Position numbers and translations under genes: made by a program. From NCBI GenBank assembly GCA_964447405.1, contig CAYUSP010000003.1:691723-755722 (forward strand): DNA of 64,000 nucleotides, given 5' to 3'. The stretch is from an uncultured Nitrospiraceae bacterium (GTDB taxonomy: Bacteria; Nitrospirota; UBA9217). The notes beneath the pieces are model-generated. The model saw only the letters and a list, made by a program, of their open reading frames with translations. It was not told the origin of the DNA and made no database searches. Numbering within the stretch: position 1 is the first letter of the stretch; each line of letters opens with the position of its first letter. Shown one piece after another: positions 34,503-46,782 of this stretch.

Positions 34503-35942
34503 CTACACCGGCAGAATCACCCGAAAAGTGGAACCCTCGCCAACCTTGCTTTCAACTTCAAGCCTGCCGCCGTGATTCTGAACGATCATATAGCTGATGG
34601 AGAGCCCGAGACCGGTCCCGTCTCCATCGGCACGCGTCATGAAAAAAGGATCGAAAATCCTGTCAAGCTGCTCTTCGGGGATGCCGGTGCCTGTATCGAT
34701 GAACTCCACGGTGATATGCTCCTTCCCGGTAAAGTCCGCTGACAGCCGGCTCGTAATCAGCAGGGACCCTCCCTGCGGCATGGCGACAAATGCGTTGCTG
34801 ATGAGATTCACAAATACCTGTTTCATTTCGTCGCTGTCCATCGCCACAAGCGGCAGCCCGGCGGGACAGCTGGTGGTGATCTCTACGTTGCTGATCCGAG
34901 CCTGACCCTTGATCAGCGAAATGGTGTCCTGCACGACGCCGCAGAGGTCGGTTTTGACAAGCTGCGGAGGTTTCCGCCGGGAGAAGTCAAGCAGGCTCTT
35001 CAGAATCTCCCGGGCGCGCAGTGTTTCACGTTCTATGGTCTTTAAGTACGCTTTTTTATCTTCGGGTATGTCGTCCGCCTTCAGCAGCAGCCCGGTATAG
35101 CCCAGCACGCCGGTCAGGGGATTGTTGACTTCATAGGCGATATTAGTAGCCATCTCGCCAATCGCAGCCAGTTTTGCGCTTTGCACCAGCTGCCGCTGTG
35201 AGCGGTGAAGGTTTTGGGTCATCGCATTGAAGGCTTCGCCAAGTTCCTTGAATTCGCTTCCCTGGTCATCGCTGATCTCCACGCGCTGCTGCAAGTCGCC
35301 CCGTGCTATGAGTCGGATCGCAACGAGCAGTTTGCTGAGGCGACGTTCCAGACTATCCGCAAGGTACCATGCAATGATCACCGCAAGAAAGAATCCGAGC
35401 AAGAGGGTGAAATACAGGACGGTCCTGATCTCACGGATGGTGGTAAGGGTATCCTGGGTCTTTTGCTGCAGCCGCACATTTGCGGTAAAGGCCATACCCT
35501 GCGTCATGGTAATGAGTTCCTGCCCCAGTTCATGGGCACGTCGCTCGAACGAGGCGATTCGGGCGGGATTCGCGGACGCCGTTACCAGCCGGCTGATGGC
35601 TGCCTTGTAATCGCCGGCCATATCATGCATGCCCAGCAGACCCTGGGCAAGCTCTGGAGCATGATGACAGCCGAGACAGGAGTCCATAACGTTGTCAAGT
35701 TCCTGGACCTGTGCGATCAGCACGTCCACATCGCCGCCCCTCCGGGTCCTGTTCATATAGATATGGGATTGTACCTGCTGCAGATGGATGATAAGGCTTT
35801 CCCGCAGAATCTCGACCTGATGCAGCTGGATCAGTTTGTCCATGCGCTGCGTCGTCTTGGTGATATAGATCGCGGCGATCACGCTCCCGGTCAGGAAGAT
35901 CGCGATCAGCATGCCAAAGCCAATAAGGATTCTTTTTTTCAT
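34503..35942 (-). CDS. Membrane sensor histidine kinase with a periplasmic CXXCH (c-heme-binding) motif, HAMP, HisKA and HATPase domains
   Basis: 479 aa. TM1 spans residues 5-27 and TM2 ~175-195. CLGCH is at residues 89-93 (nt 35664-35678), between the two TMs. HAMP follows, then YEVNNPLTGV and the ATPase motifs. Confidence 0.85.
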   Translation of the reverse strand: MKKRILIGFGMLIAIFLTGSVIAAIYITKTTQRMDKLIQLHQVEILRESLIIHLQQVQSHIYMNRTRRGGDVDVLIAQVQELDNVMDSCLGCHHAPELAQGLLGMHDMAGDYKAAISRLVTASANPARIASFERRAHELGQELITMTQGMAFTANVRLQQKTQDTLTTIREIRTVLYFTLLLGFFLAVIIAWYLADSLERRLSKLLVAIRLIARGDLQQRVEISDDQGSEFKELGEAFNAMTQNLHRSQRQLVQSAKLAAIGEMATNIAYEVNNPLTGVLGYTGLLLKADDIPEDKKAYLKTIERETLRAREILKSLLDFSRRKPPQLVKTDLCGVVQDTISLIKGQARISNVEITTSCPAGLPLVAMDSDEMKQVFVNLISNAFVAMPQGGSLLITSRLSADFTGKEHITVEFIDTGTGIPEEQLDRIFDPFFMTRADGDGTGLGLSISYMIVQNHGGRLEVESKVGEGSTFRVILPV

Positions 35943-35955
35943 GGTATCATGCCGC

Positions 35956-36879
35956 TCATTCGTTCCGATAGTGATATGTTTTCAGATTGATGCCGACTTG
36001 CGATGTGATCTTGTAGAGATATTCAAAGTCCTTGTCGCTCGTCTCGATGAATCCGCGGGCACCGAATCGGCGAAGCGCGTCCCGCCCTTCTTCGTTCTTC
36101 TCCATCTCGACAAGCACCTTGACGAGCGCCTTTTTAATATCAGGATCGAGGTCACTGCGGACCGCCAAACAGTTCTGGGGTACAACGCCCGAGGCCCCAA
36201 TGATCATGAGCTCCTTCTCGATCCGGGGATTCTCCGACATCAACTGGTCGTAGATGGTATTCTTCGCGGCTCCTATGTCCGCTTCCTTGTTCAGCACCGC
36301 CAAAATCGCGGCATCATGGCTGCCGGCGAAAAAGGTCTCCCCCAGATAGGAATGAGGGTCAACAATGCCTTTCTCCCGGAAATACGCGAGCGGAAAGATA
36401 TATCCGGCGGTTGTGGCTCGCTCCACGAAAACAAAACGCTTCCCCTTCATGGAGGACTCACTGCGAATACCGCTGTCCTTGCGGACAAAGATGTACCCGT
36501 GATAAGTGGAAGTCCCGTCCATATTGACCGGCCGCGCGAGCGGTTCCACACCCAGCTGGCTGTGAGCCAGGCCATAGGTGAAACTGCCAAAAAACGCGCC
36601 GTCCATTTTTTCCGCAACAAACCGCTCAATAATGTTTCCGTAGCGGCTCAGACTGGTGAAGTTGACCGTCATGCCTATCCGGTCGGACAGATATTTTCGC
36701 AGGACCATGTAGCGTTCCCGCTGCCGAAATACATTCTGCTCGGGAATCAGCCCGATGAGAAGCTCCTGCTGCCCCAGCGTTTTCTTCTGTTCCGGGGGCG
36801 CTTTTTTATTCTCGCATGCCCCGAACGCGAGGGACACCGCTACCAGGAGGATTGTTGTCATGCGTTTATACGGTGCCAT
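35956..36879 (-). CDS. PhnD-like periplasmic substrate-binding protein (phosphonate/phosphate ABC-type SBP fold), no transporter genes adjacent
   Basis: ORF 35956..37197 trimmed to the ATG at 36879, preceded by GGGGAGA. It has a lipoprotein-like signal (ILLVAVSLAFGAC) and ...LLIGLIPEQN...GAFFGSFTYGLAH..., which is PhnD-like. Confidence 0.65.
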   Translation of the reverse strand: MAPYKRMTTILLVAVSLAFGACENKKAPPEQKKTLGQQELLIGLIPEQNVFRQRERYMVLRKYLSDRIGMTVNFTSLSRYGNIIERFVAEKMDGAFFGSFTYGLAHSQLGVEPLARPVNMDGTSTYHGYIFVRKDSGIRSESSMKGKRFVFVERATTAGYIFPLAYFREKGIVDPHSYLGETFFAGSHDAAILAVLNKEADIGAAKNTIYDQLMSENPRIEKELMIIGASGVVPQNCLAVRSDLDPDIKKALVKVLVEMEKNEEGRDALRRFGARGFIETSDKDFEYLYKITSQVGINLKTYHYRNE

Positions 36880-36898
36880 AAGTCTCCCCTCGCCGGCC

Positions 36899-38995
36899 TT
36901 ATACCGCCGCCAGCTTATACAGAGGAAGGACCACCCGGAACGTGGTTCCCTGCCCCTGCTCGCTCTGAACCTCGATGCTGCCGCCATGATTTTGCACGAT
37001 GCGATAGCTGATAGAGAGCCCCAGCCCTGTACCGTCTCCTTTCTCCTTGGTGGAGAAGAACGGCTCAAATATTTTATTCTTGTGCTCTGCCGCAATTCCC
37101 ACACCGGAGTCCCGGATAACAACGAAACATTCCTGCTCGGACGCGATATCGACGTTGATCGCGATAACTCCTCCGTGCGGCATGGCCTGGAGCGCATTGT
37201 TCAGGATATTAATGAACACCTGCTTCATTTCATTATGATCCATGTTGACGATCACCGGCGATTCAGGATAGTCCTCCTGAATCCTGACGGACGCCTGCTC
37301 GGCAATACCCTGCAGCAGCGCCACGGTCTCCCGGAGCGGCTGGGTCAGATCCCCCGGCTGCATCCATGACGGCCGCTGACGCGCGAAGTCGAGCAGATTG
37401 CGGATGATCTTGCGCACCCTGAGCGTCTCCTGCTCCATCAGCCCGAGAATCCGCTTCGGCTCATCCGGCAGGTCAAGTGTCTTGATCAAGTGGGTCGTAT
37501 ACCCAAGCACGCTCGTCAGCGGATTGTTGATCTCGTGAGCAACATTCGCCGAGAGCTCGCCGATGGCCACCATCCTCGTGGAATGGAGGAGCTGTTCCTG
37601 AGTGGCATGGAGCTCGCTCATTTTCCCCTTCAGGTCGGAATAGAGAGAGGCATTCTGCAGAGCTGCGGCAGCAAGGCTCGAAAACACGGTGAATAGCCTG
37701 AGATCATGTTTGTCGAAGTTCGTTCCGCCCTTTTTGTTGACTGCGGTGATCAACCCCGTCATAGTATTCGCTGACCACAGCGGGATGGTCATGATGCTCC
37801 TGAAGCCGAGCGATTTCATGGAGGTACTGTCGAGTCTGAAGTCAGCCAGGGCATCGGGAATCAGGAGCGGCGTGCCATAGCTTACCAGCCAGTTGTATAT
37901 GCCCCCCGCCTCGACCGGCATCTCCAGCCCCCGGATAACATGCGATCGGGAGCCGTATACTCCCAGATATTTGAGCATGCGGTCGGACCGGTCAACCACG
38001 GAAATGGCGATCGTATCGGCCCTTACGAGGTCCTCCGCTCTTGCAGCGATCTTGACCAGCAGCGCCTCCTGGTCAAGGCTTTCCATAAGGTCAAGGCCGG
38101 CGGTATGCAGCAGAAAGAGGTCCCGGTTCCCGCGAGATAGACTGGTATCGCGGGTCCGGAGCGTCAGCGCCATCTGGTTGAACGTGTGGCCGAGTTTGCT
38201 GATCTCATCAGATCCCTTGACAGGGAAAGGAGTATCCCAATCCTGCTGGCTCAACCGGTCGGCTGCCTTGCTGAGCTGAAGGATGGGCCGCGTAATGCTG
38301 ATCGCGATGATCTGGCTGAATGCCAAGCCGACCAGCAGGATCCCGATCAGCGCAACCGCGGATTTTGTTATAAATCCCGAGAATTTCTGCTCAAACCGTT
38401 GACTGGAGATGCCCGCCCGGACATACCCCACTCGGTCGGCTCCCGACATGACCGGAAGCGTAAGATCATACACGCCGTCTGCCTTGATGCGGAACACGGG
38501 TTCCGTGATGCCGCCGTCGGAATCGCAGTGAAGCGTGGTATCCTCGCGGTCCTGCAGGTTGCTGCCGGGCCTTGTATAAAAGGAGGCGCCGCTACTTAAA
38601 TATACCTCCGCGGCCGTACTGGCGATGAGCATTTTACATGCATGATTGTACACCATCAGATACCGCAGGGAATTGCCGGAATGGGACTCATCATCGGCCG
38701 CAAAAGGGGGGGCTATCTTCCGATAAATCTCGAGCAGGTTCCCTGTGGTAATATCATCAGCGGTAAGCGCCGCTATTTCTCGGGCCACATACAAAGCCCT
38801 GTCCCTGATCTCGGCATCCAGGGTCCTTTTCGCCTCCCGAAAATAGAACGCACCCACCAGCGAGGCAACCAGGATAAGAGCTACTGTCATAAAAAAAGAC
38901 ACTCTGCATCCGATGCTGCCCCACCACCAGAAGAGAGCCCTGCGCAATCTATCCGATATAACTGAGTTTTCCCCGATTGAATGCGTCTTGGCCAT
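36899..38995 (-). CDS. Membrane sensor histidine kinase (periplasmic domain, HAMP, GAF, HisKA and HATPase)
   Basis: 698 aa. It has two TM helices flanking a ~150-aa periplasmic region, HAMP (ITRPILQLSKAADRL...), a GAF-like region, AHEINNPLTSV and the ATPase motifs. Confidence 0.85.
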   Translation of the reverse strand: MAKTHSIGENSVISDRLRRALFWWWGSIGCRVSFFMTVALILVASLVGAFYFREAKRTLDAEIRDRALYVAREIAALTADDITTGNLLEIYRKIAPPFAADDESHSGNSLRYLMVYNHACKMLIASTAAEVYLSSGASFYTRPGSNLQDREDTTLHCDSDGGITEPVFRIKADGVYDLTLPVMSGADRVGYVRAGISSQRFEQKFSGFITKSAVALIGILLVGLAFSQIIAISITRPILQLSKAADRLSQQDWDTPFPVKGSDEISKLGHTFNQMALTLRTRDTSLSRGNRDLFLLHTAGLDLMESLDQEALLVKIAARAEDLVRADTIAISVVDRSDRMLKYLGVYGSRSHVIRGLEMPVEAGGIYNWLVSYGTPLLIPDALADFRLDSTSMKSLGFRSIMTIPLWSANTMTGLITAVNKKGGTNFDKHDLRLFTVFSSLAAAALQNASLYSDLKGKMSELHATQEQLLHSTRMVAIGELSANVAHEINNPLTSVLGYTTHLIKTLDLPDEPKRILGLMEQETLRVRKIIRNLLDFARQRPSWMQPGDLTQPLRETVALLQGIAEQASVRIQEDYPESPVIVNMDHNEMKQVFINILNNALQAMPHGGVIAINVDIASEQECFVVIRDSGVGIAAEHKNKIFEPFFSTKEKGDGTGLGLSISYRIVQNHGGSIEVQSEQGQGTTFRVVLPLYKLAAV

Positions 38996-39222
38996 AGGAA
39001 GCAGGAGAGTACAACTGGGTCATAGTAACATAAAAGCACAGAGGTGTAAATCCATTTAAAGACAACCGGACGACTACGAACAACAGCTTTTGTAAAGGCG
39101 GGCGTCAACGGATACTCCTGCAGTTCCTTGAGCAGAACTTCAGAAATAGCCTTGCGGACAATGGATATTCTGCGTTGCGGACGAAATACTTATGCCCCCG
39201 CAGGACGGGAAACAGCCGCGTA

Positions 39223-40029
39223 TCACTTCACCAACTCCCCATACTCTCCGGGTCGGCGCTTTTTCAAAAAGCCCCAGGTCTGCACAGCTGCTTCCCGTTC
39301 AGCAAGATCGATATCAGCCAGTACGATCGCTTCCTTGCCTCCGGCAAGATCGGAAACCGTCTCCCCCCAGGGGTCCGCGCAGAAACTCCGCCCGTAAAAG
39401 GACAGCTCCCCCTCTTTCCCCACGCGATTCACCCGGAACACGAATATGTTGTTGGTGAACGCGTTCGAGGAGACCGCACGTTCCCAAAGGGTATGGGTAT
39501 TGATCGATGCCGCGGTGGGCGCAAACACAATTTCCGCGCCCCTGAGCGCAAGGACGCGGCTGGCCTCGGGGAACAGGTTGTCCCAGCAGATCTGGACGCC
39601 GATCCTGCCCTGCGATGTCTCGTATACGGGCAGGCCTGCGTCGCCGGGCGAGAAATAGAATTGTTCACGGTATTGAGGCAGATCGGGGATGTGCAGTTTT
39701 CGGTAGGTCCCGAGATGTTTTCCGCAATCGAAGACTGCGGCGCTGTTGTAATATTTCCCGCTGGCTGATTCGAAGAATGGGACGATGATCACGGTCCCGG
39801 TCTTTTGCGAAGTATGCTGGAACCGGCCCAATGTCTCACCCAGGGGATTGATCGCCCAGGAGAAGAGGGTCTTGTCCTCCTGTTTCGGGAACCAGCGAGT
39901 GAGGAAAAGTTCGGGATAGCAGATAATCCTCGCTCCTCTCTCGGCAGCCACTTCCGCCATCTCAAGAGCGCGCTGGATGTTCCGTTCGGTTTCCGGACCG
40001 GCGCTTATCTGTATGCCCGCGATTCGCAT
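39223..40029 (-). CDS. Carbon-nitrogen hydrolase (nitrilase superfamily) protein
   Basis: 268 aa. The Glu-Lys-Cys triad contexts are present: CYPELF, YRKLHIP and GVQICWD. Confidence 0.8.
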   Translation of the reverse strand: MRIAGIQISAGPETERNIQRALEMAEVAAERGARIICYPELFLTRWFPKQEDKTLFSWAINPLGETLGRFQHTSQKTGTVIIVPFFESASGKYYNSAAVFDCGKHLGTYRKLHIPDLPQYREQFYFSPGDAGLPVYETSQGRIGVQICWDNLFPEASRVLALRGAEIVFAPTAASINTHTLWERAVSSNAFTNNIFVFRVNRVGKEGELSFYGRSFCADPWGETVSDLAGGKEAIVLADIDLAEREAAVQTWGFLKKRRPGEYGELVK

Positions 40030-40149
40030 GGTGTGCAGTCAACAACGAAGGATGCGTATGATCGCGGTTATTATTCCACCTGCCCCGTATTCACGGTTCC
40101 ACTGATAGGCTCCGGGTACAGGCTCCGCGATCCTTAATCCGCACTCAAA

Positions 40150-42786
40150 TTACTTCCCATGGCACTTTTTGTACTTCTTCCCGCTTCCGCAGGGGCAGGG
40201 ATCGTTCCGTCCCACTTTGGCTCCCGCGTGCACCGGCTGGGGGACCGAGGCTGCCGCTTCGCCGGCCCCGACGAACGTGAGATTGGCGATCTGGCGCTTC
40301 TGCTTCCGTTCGATCTCCTCGCCCTGGTCTTTGGCTGCGGCCTTGATCCGGAAGAGGTTCTCGACGGTGGTCTCGACGATGCGGAGCTTCATTTCCTCGA
40401 ACATTTCGAAGCCTTCTTTTTTATATTCGATGAGCGGGTCCTTCTGTCCGTATCCCCGGAGTCCGATGCCTTCCTTGAGGTGGTCCATGGCAAGCAGGTG
40501 GTCCTTCCACTGGTAGTCCACGGCCTGCAGCATGAAGACCTTTTCGAGGTGGCGCATGAGTTCTGGACCGGCCTGCTGCTCCTTCTCGTCATAGCTTTGC
40601 TTCAGGGCCTGCCACAATTTTTCGCGGAACTCATCGCGGGACAGGTTCTGCGGATCGATGGTGCCCATGCGGTAGGAAAACTTCGCGGCCAGCACATCGG
40701 TGAGGCCGGTGATATCCCAGGCTTCGGAATAGGCGTCTTCGGGGCAGTAGAACCCGAGCATGCCGTCGAGCATTTCCTCGGCAAGGCCGAGCATCTCATC
40801 TTTCAGATCCGTGCCGGAAAGGATCTGGCGGCGCTGTTCGTAGATCACCTTCCTCTGCTGGTTCATGACATCGTCGTACTCGAGGATGTGCTTCCGCATC
40901 TCAAAGTTGTGCGCTTCGACCTTCTTTTGCGCATTCTCAATGGCGCGCGACACCATGCGGTGTTCGATCGGCATATCCTCTTCCATGCCCAGTTTGCCCA
41001 TGAGCCCCGAGATGCGGTCCGATCCGAATATCCTGAGCAGGTCATCCTCAAGCGAAAGATAAAACCGCGACGAACCGGGGTCGCCCTGCCGGCCCGAACG
41101 GCCGCGAAGCTGGTTGTCGATCCGCCGCGCCTCATGCCGTTCCGTGCCGAGGATATGGAGCCCGCCTGCGGCGATCACTTTTTCCTTTTCAACGGCGCAA
41201 AGCTCCCTGAACTGGGCCAGCGTCTTGTCCCATTCCTCAGAGGTATATTCCTTGCCTTTGAGCGCCTGGCGCGTGAGCCCTTCGGGATTGCCTCCCAGCA
41301 CGATGTCCGTGCCGCGGCCTGCCATGTTCGTGGCGATCGTAACAGCTGCATGCCGGCCTGCCTGGGCCACGATCTCGGCCTCCATCTCGTGGTACTTGGC
41401 ATTCAGCACCGAGTGCCGGATGCCCTTCTTTTTTAGCAAGGCAGCCAGGGTCTCGGATTTGACGATGGATATGGTGCCCACGAGGACCGGCTGGCCGTTC
41501 TTGTGCAGTTCCTCGATTTCCCTGATGGCAGCCAGGAACTTGCCCTGCTCGGTCTTGTAAATGTAGTCGGCGCTGTCCTTGCGCACCATGGGGCGGTGCG
41601 TGGGAATGACCAGCACATCAAGATTGTAAATCTTCCCGAACTCCGCGGCCTCGGTCTCCGCTGTTCCGGTCATGCCCGCGAGCTTGGCATAGAGGCGGAA
41701 GTAATTCTGGAACGTGATCGAGGCAAGCGTCTGGTTCTCGTTCTCGATCTTGACGCCTTCCTTTGCCTCGATGGCCTGGTGCAGGCCGTCGCTCCAGCGC
41801 CTGCCGGGCATGAGCCTGCCGGTGAACTCGTCCACGATCATAACCTGATCGTCCTTGACCACGTAGTCCACATCGCGGCTGAACAACGCATGGGCCTTGA
41901 GCGCCTGATGCACATGATGCACGAGGTCCACGTTGGCGGGGTCGTACAGGTTCCCGGCGCCGAGCATTTTTTCGACCTTGATGTTTCCATCTTCGGTCAG
42001 GGCCGCAGTCTTGGTCTTTTCCTCGATCGTATAGTCCGTGTTCTTCTGCAGGCTCGGGATGATCCGGTTTATCTTGTAGTATTTGTCCGTGGAATCTTCC
42101 GTGGGTCCGGAGATGATCAGCGGGGTCCTGGCCTCATCGATCAGGATCGAGTCCACCTCGTCGACAATGGCGAAATTGAGCTCGCGCTGGACGTAATCAG
42201 CAAGATCGAACTTCATGTTGTCGCGAAGGTAATCGAATCCGAACTCGTTGTTTGTGCCGTAGGTCACGTCCGCGGCGTAAGCCTGCTGCCGCTGCTCGTC
42301 GGTAAGGCCGTGCACGATCACGCCGACCGTGAGACCCAGGAACGAATACACGGGCCCCATCCACTGAGCATCGCGGCGGGCGAGATAGTCGTTCACGGTC
42401 ACCACGTGAACGCCCTTTCCTGAGAGGCTGTTCAGGTACACGGGAAGCGTCGCAACCAGGGTCTTGCCTTCACCGGTCTTCATCTCAGAGATCTTGCCCT
42501 GGTGCAGGACGATGCCGCCGATGAGCTGCACATCAAAGTGGCGCATGCCCAGGGTCCGCTTGGACGCCTCGCGCACGACCGCGAACGCCTCGGGAAGCAT
42601 GTCGTCCAGCGTCTCACCGTCTTCGAGCCGCTTCCTGAACTCATCAGTTTTGGCCCGCAGCTCGGCGTCGGAAAGCCGGGCAATTCCGTCCTCCTGCGCA
42701 TTAGTCGCGTCCACCAGATGCTGAATGCGCTTTAATTCCCGCTCATTCGCGGTGCCGAACATTTTTTTCAGGATCGATCCGATCAT
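40150..42786 (-). CDS. secA: Preprotein translocase ATPase SecA
   Basis: 878 aa. It has ...[14 protein letters not shown]... (Walker A), [19 protein letters not shown], and a C-terminal zinc finger [15 protein letters not shown]. Confidence 0.95.
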   Translation of the reverse strand: MIGSILKKMFGTANERELKRIQHLVDATNAQEDGIARLSDAELRAKTDEFRKRLEDGETLDDMLPEAFAVVREASKRTLGMRHFDVQLIGGIVLHQGKISEMKTGEGKTLVATLPVYLNSLSGKGVHVVTVNDYLARRDAQWMGPVYSFLGLTVGVIVHGLTDEQRQQAYAADVTYGTNNEFGFDYLRDNMKFDLADYVQRELNFAIVDEVDSILIDEARTPLIISGPTEDSTDKYYKINRIIPSLQKNTDYTIEEKTKTAALTEDGNIKVEKMLGAGNLYDPANVDLVHHVHQALKAHALFSRDVDYVVKDDQVMIVDEFTGRLMPGRRWSDGLHQAIEAKEGVKIENENQTLASITFQNYFRLYAKLAGMTGTAETEAAEFGKIYNLDVLVIPTHRPMVRKDSADYIYKTEQGKFLAAIREIEELHKNGQPVLVGTISIVKSETLAALLKKKGIRHSVLNAKYHEMEAEIVAQAGRHAAVTIATNMAGRGTDIVLGGNPEGLTRQALKGKEYTSEEWDKTLAQFRELCAVEKEKVIAAGGLHILGTERHEARRIDNQLRGRSGRQGDPGSSRFYLSLEDDLLRIFGSDRISGLMGKLGMEEDMPIEHRMVSRAIENAQKKVEAHNFEMRKHILEYDDVMNQQRKVIYEQRRQILSGTDLKDEMLGLAEEMLDGMLGFYCPEDAYSEAWDITGLTDVLAAKFSYRMGTIDPQNLSRDEFREKLWQALKQSYDEKEQQAGPELMRHLEKVFMLQAVDYQWKDHLLAMDHLKEGIGLRGYGQKDPLIEYKKEGFEMFEEMKLRIVETTVENLFRIKAAAKDQGEEIERKQKRQIANLTFVGAGEAAASVPQPVHAGAKVGRNDPCPCGSGKKYKKCHGK

Positions 42787-42828
42787 CTAACAGTTCTCCA
42801 GCACAGCATGGTCATATGACAGCGGCTC

Positions 42829-42856
42829 ATATTATCATTTTTCGCACGGATTTCAA
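42829..42856 (-). promoter_or_regulatory. Candidate sigma-70 promoter TTGAAA-16-TAATAT upstream of secA
   Basis: On the minus strand, -35 is at 42851-42856 and -10 at 42829-42834, ~40 nt upstream of the secA ATG. Confidence 0.3.
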
Positions 42857-43064
42857 GTAAATAATCCGTTTGACCGCGTTGTTTGGCCCTTGTCTCTCGC
42901 CGCTTGATGTCGAATGTCAGACCGTACCAAGCAGTACACCGAAGGGACTCCACCTGCACCATCGGGATCAAGGGAGCAGAATCCCGTCCGTTCACTCCAT
43001 GAAGGTACCGCTCACTGCGGGTTATGCCAGTGTCAATACCATTATAGACATTGCAGGACCCGTC

Positions 43065-43093
43065 TTGACATCGTGCGCTTCATGAGATATGGT
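43065..43093 (+). promoter_or_regulatory. Candidate sigma-70 promoter TTGACA-17-TATGGT upstream of katG
   Basis: -35 is at 43065-43070 and -10 at 43088-43093. This implies a ~220-nt 5' UTR before the katG ATG. Confidence 0.4.
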
Positions 43094-43124
43094 TAGCTAT
43101 ATTTCGGATCCATTCCAGATATGA

Positions 43125-45518
<2,394 letters not shown>

Positions 45519-45601
45519 TAGAGTCAGAGCGAAGGCCTGTCACGGATTACCTGCGGTGTGATCAAGTAATACCGGCATAAGTTGTTTTCGATGCATGATC
45601 A

Positions 45602-45638
45602 GGTCCTATCATCGAGCGGATGATGGGACCTTTTTATT
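45602..45638 (+). terminator. Rho-independent terminator after katG
   Basis: The stem GGTCCTATCATC/GATGATGGGACC (one G-U pair) has a 5-nt loop and is followed by TTTTTATT. Confidence 0.8.
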
Positions 45639-45652
45639 CTGGAGATCTAACC

Positions 45653-46702
45653 ATGAGCATGATCATCGAACTTGCAGAGAACGGCCGCCTGCCGGATGCG
45701 CTAATCCGCGCCGGTATCCGGACGCTCAATCGGCAGCGACTTCGTGAAGAGCAGCGCGGCGGCATCGAGGCGCTCCGCGAGCACCAGCGCCAGTTCATCG
45801 CAATGCTGCGCTAGAGCCCCATCGCAGTCCTGACCGAGGCTGCGAACGAACAGCACTACGAGGTCCCGCCGGAGTTCTTCCTCCTCGCACTGGGGAAGAA
45901 CCGCAAGTACAGCTGCTGCTATTATCCGACTGGGATGGAGAGCCTGAACGAGGCAGAGGAGAGGATGCTCGCGCTCACCTGCGAGCGAGCGCAGCTCTCC
46001 GATGGCATGGACATCCTGGAGCTCGGCTGCGGATGGGGTTCCCTCACGCTCTGGATGGCGGAGCAGTATCCAAAGAGTCGGATCACGGCCGTGTCGAACT
46101 CCAATCCCCAACGGGAGTTCATCACAGCACTCTGCCGTGACAGGGGCATCGGGAACGTCCTGGTGGTCACGGCGGACATGAACAATTTCTGCACTGAGAA
46201 TCGCTTCGACAACGTCGTGTCGGTCGAGATGTTCGAGCACATGCGGAACTATGAACTGCTGCTCCGAAAGGTCGCTTCCTGGATGCGGCCCGGCGCAAAG
46301 CTCTTCGTCCACATCTTCTGCCACAAGGAATATGCCTACCTGTTCGAGGACGAGGGCGAGGACAACTGGATGGGGAGGCATTTTTTCAGTGGCGGCATCA
46401 TGCCATCCGACGACCTGCTGCTCTATTTCCAGGATGATGTCGCCATTGAGAACCACTGGCGCGTGGACGGGACCCACTATGAGAGGACCGCGAACCACTG
46501 GCTGCAGAACATGGACGCGCGGAAGGAAGCAGTCATGCCGGTCCTGGAGCGGACCTACGGGATGCAGGACGCCGCCCTATGGTTCCAGCGATGGAGGCTC
46601 TTCTTCATGGCCTGCGCCGAGCTGTGGGGGTTCCGCGATGGCCAGGAATGGTGGGTGGCGCACTATTTATTCAGAAAACGATCGGTCAGACAACCATCCT
46701 AA
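45653..46702 (+). pseudogene. Cyclopropane-fatty-acyl-phospholipid synthase-like SAM methyltransferase interrupted by a single in-frame TAG (codon 54)
   Basis: ORFs 45620..45814 and 45935..46702 are in the same frame. Reading through the TAG at 45812-45814 gives ...[28 protein letters not shown]...[10 protein letters not shown]..., a continuous CFA-synthase-family sequence. The ATG at 45653 has a GGAGAT RBS. Confidence 0.65.
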
Positions 46703-46782
46703 CAAAGGAGTCTTCCAGGTCCAGAAGGCTTCGGTGATCGATGGTTTCGTCCGCCAAGAGCGGAGGGACCAAGGCGAAGGGG

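Noticed and set aside
45812-45814. The TAG in the cfa-like gene read as pyrrolysine or another programmed recoding
   Set aside because: There are no pyl genes or methylamine methyltransferases in the window. The position is not a catalytic site known to use Pyl, and a CAG->TAG point mutation explains it more simply. It is kept as a finding only as a probable nonsense mutation or error.
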